A stretch of DNA of 63,432 bases, filler included, from Reticulomyxa filosa (taxonomy: Eukaryota; Protista; Foraminifera), in NCBI GenBank assembly GCA_000512085.1. It is 19 parts of 19 records of this genome, joined end to end, with 100 filler letters (N's around TTAATTAATTAA, not from the genome) between each part and the next. Parts side by side here need not be neighbours in the genome. Positions count along the whole stretch, not along the records: positions 61,939 to 63,432 come from ASPP01012366.1; 18 more parts are not named here. One strand, written 5' to 3'. The position numbers and the translations under genes were made by a program. The notes below the pieces were generated by a model. The model worked only from the letters and a program-made list of their open reading frames with translations. It searched no databases and was not told where the DNA came from. Of the stretch, positions 62,095-63,432 are shown in pieces (the first letter of the stretch is position 1; each line of letters begins with the position of its first letter).

Positions 62095-62514
62095 CCATTG
62101 AAGGTGTTGTATAAGCGTGCCATAAAGATAATCACGACACACTGCAGGGATAGAAGATAGAACGCTCCCCATATGTTACTAATGAAATGCTGGGTGAAGG
62201 AGGTAATATGAGTCGCGGCGCACAACGAGAATGCACTAAGCAATGTCGCTGCGGCCAGACAAGTAAGTATATGTGCCGCTAGTGATGGGTATTTGTAAAT
62301 TGGTAAAACTGGCTTGTAGTGACGTGGTATCGAAGAGACCTTTTGTGTGCCGATACAACCCGAACAGTGTCACTATTAACACCACTCCTAGAAATACTAT
62401 CATTGTCACTGTCCAGGCGTCGTGTATGTCCTGAGACGCACACACATTGTTACGGTTTTGATAAAGTGTAACCATCAATTTACGTGGCCTTGACATTGTT
62501 GAAAAACCATTCAT
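62095..62514 (-). CDS. Multi-pass (7TM-like) membrane protein, 5' part
   Basis: Short N-terminus, TM segment WTVTMIVFLGVVLIVTLFGLY, then in a shifted frame LSAFSLCAA...WGAFYLLSLQCVVIIFMARLYNTFNG; truncated by the contig edge. Confidence 0.45.
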
Positions 62515-62929
62515 TCGTTTTTATTTGTTTTTTTGTCTCTTCAAGACCTGAGTACTTATAGTCGAACTCTTTTTTGTAGTGCCGAGTTTACTCCCAGTTG
62601 TGGTTCTATGTTTAGTGATCTTGCTTTGCATTTACAAGAAGGCATGTATAAATTTCTGTAATTTGCTCTGTATTTGGAGTGTTTTAATGTCAATTTTTAG
62701 TAAAAACTCAAGTAAAGAGAATTTAGCATTTTATTCTCAAAGAATTTGTTTTAATAATGTTTGAATAAAAAAGCGAAACAAGTAGATCTGCATCTATATA
62801 AGAGGAGGCATACGTTTTAAAAGGGGACATCATCCAATAACAGAAAAAAAAAGATATATTTATTTTTAAACACGTATTGTTGGCATTGACCTGAAGAAGG
62901 ATATAAGGGAAAAAAAAGAAAAAAAGCAG

Positions 62930-63380
62930 ATGGGAAGTTGCACCTCGTCAAGAGATCCTCAAGACCAACAAATACAAGAAGAGTTAGCGGACGCAAAAAA
63001 GCAGGATGAGGCAATATTGAAAGTATTGTTATTAGGAGCCGGAGGAAGTGGGAAGTCAACATTTTTCAAACAACTGACGAATACTTACGGCGATGGATAT
63101 TCGGAAGCGGAGCGTACGAACTACACAATCCAAATATACCGACAAATAGTGGAAAGCATGCAAACATTGATAAACCAAAGTGAGATGATTGAAAAAGGTC
63201 AAATTGCCTCCGGAGAGGATGAAGAAGAGTTGAAGTCGATAGGAATCGACCCAAAAGAAAGACACTTGTACACTATGGACAAGACTTTCCGAGATGCTGC
63301 AGACTACATTCTGAAGTACCCTGACTATGCAACATTGGATGCAACTATTGTGAAGCATATCAATGATTTGTGGAAAAATT
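62930..63380 (+). CDS. Heterotrimeric G-protein alpha subunit, first exon (absent from the ORF track)
   Basis: Manual translation MGSCTSSRDPQDQQIQEELADAKKQDEAILKVLLLGAGGSGKSTFFKQLTNTYGDGYSEAER...IVKHINDLWKN, then a GT donor at 63381. Confidence 0.92.
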
Positions 63381-63392
63381 GTAACTTTGCAT

Positions 63393-63426
<34 letters not shown>

Positions 63427-63432
63427 GTTTAA

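Noticed and set aside
1-63432. Treating the GTPase, caspase, TPR, TRAF and WD40 genes as one defence island
   Set aside because: They lie on different contigs, and adjacency across linkers is arbitrary.

Overview
This is AT-rich, intron-containing eukaryotic DNA, not one continuous locus. It consists of 19 short contig pieces joined by 18 identical 100-nt artificial linkers (N44-TTAATTAATTAA-N44), so only neighbours within a contig mean anything. The gene content suggests a foraminiferan such as Reticulomyxa filosa (inference, not a database match): a WD40 family with the 'NVICTGSEDNTIRFWDIRS' signature, a RING/TRAF zinc-finger relic, a divergent alpha2-type tubulin and caspase-like genes. 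Recognisable genes are uroporphyrinogen decarboxylase, a VPS9 Rab-GEF, two G-alpha subunits, a DHHC palmitoyltransferase, Rgp1, NIPA, CDPK, a GT47 glycosyltransferase, ZIP9, an FAAH-like amidase and a divergent Hsp70. There are also Tc1/mariner and LINE relics and several pseudogenes. Single-base frameshifts at homopolymers are common and are probably sequencing errors. The best candidate for an undescribed system is a modular immune- or cell-death-like set: an intact caspase-fold protease, a catalytically dead caspase fused to TPRs, and a ~1900+ aa P-loop GTPase. All three begin with PB1/beta-grasp-like modules rather than death folds. Also notable, both G-alpha genes lie head-to-head with plausible functional partners (a DHHC enzyme and a 7TM-like gene), and both lack the P-loop glutamate. 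No rRNA, tRNA or CRISPR array was recognised.
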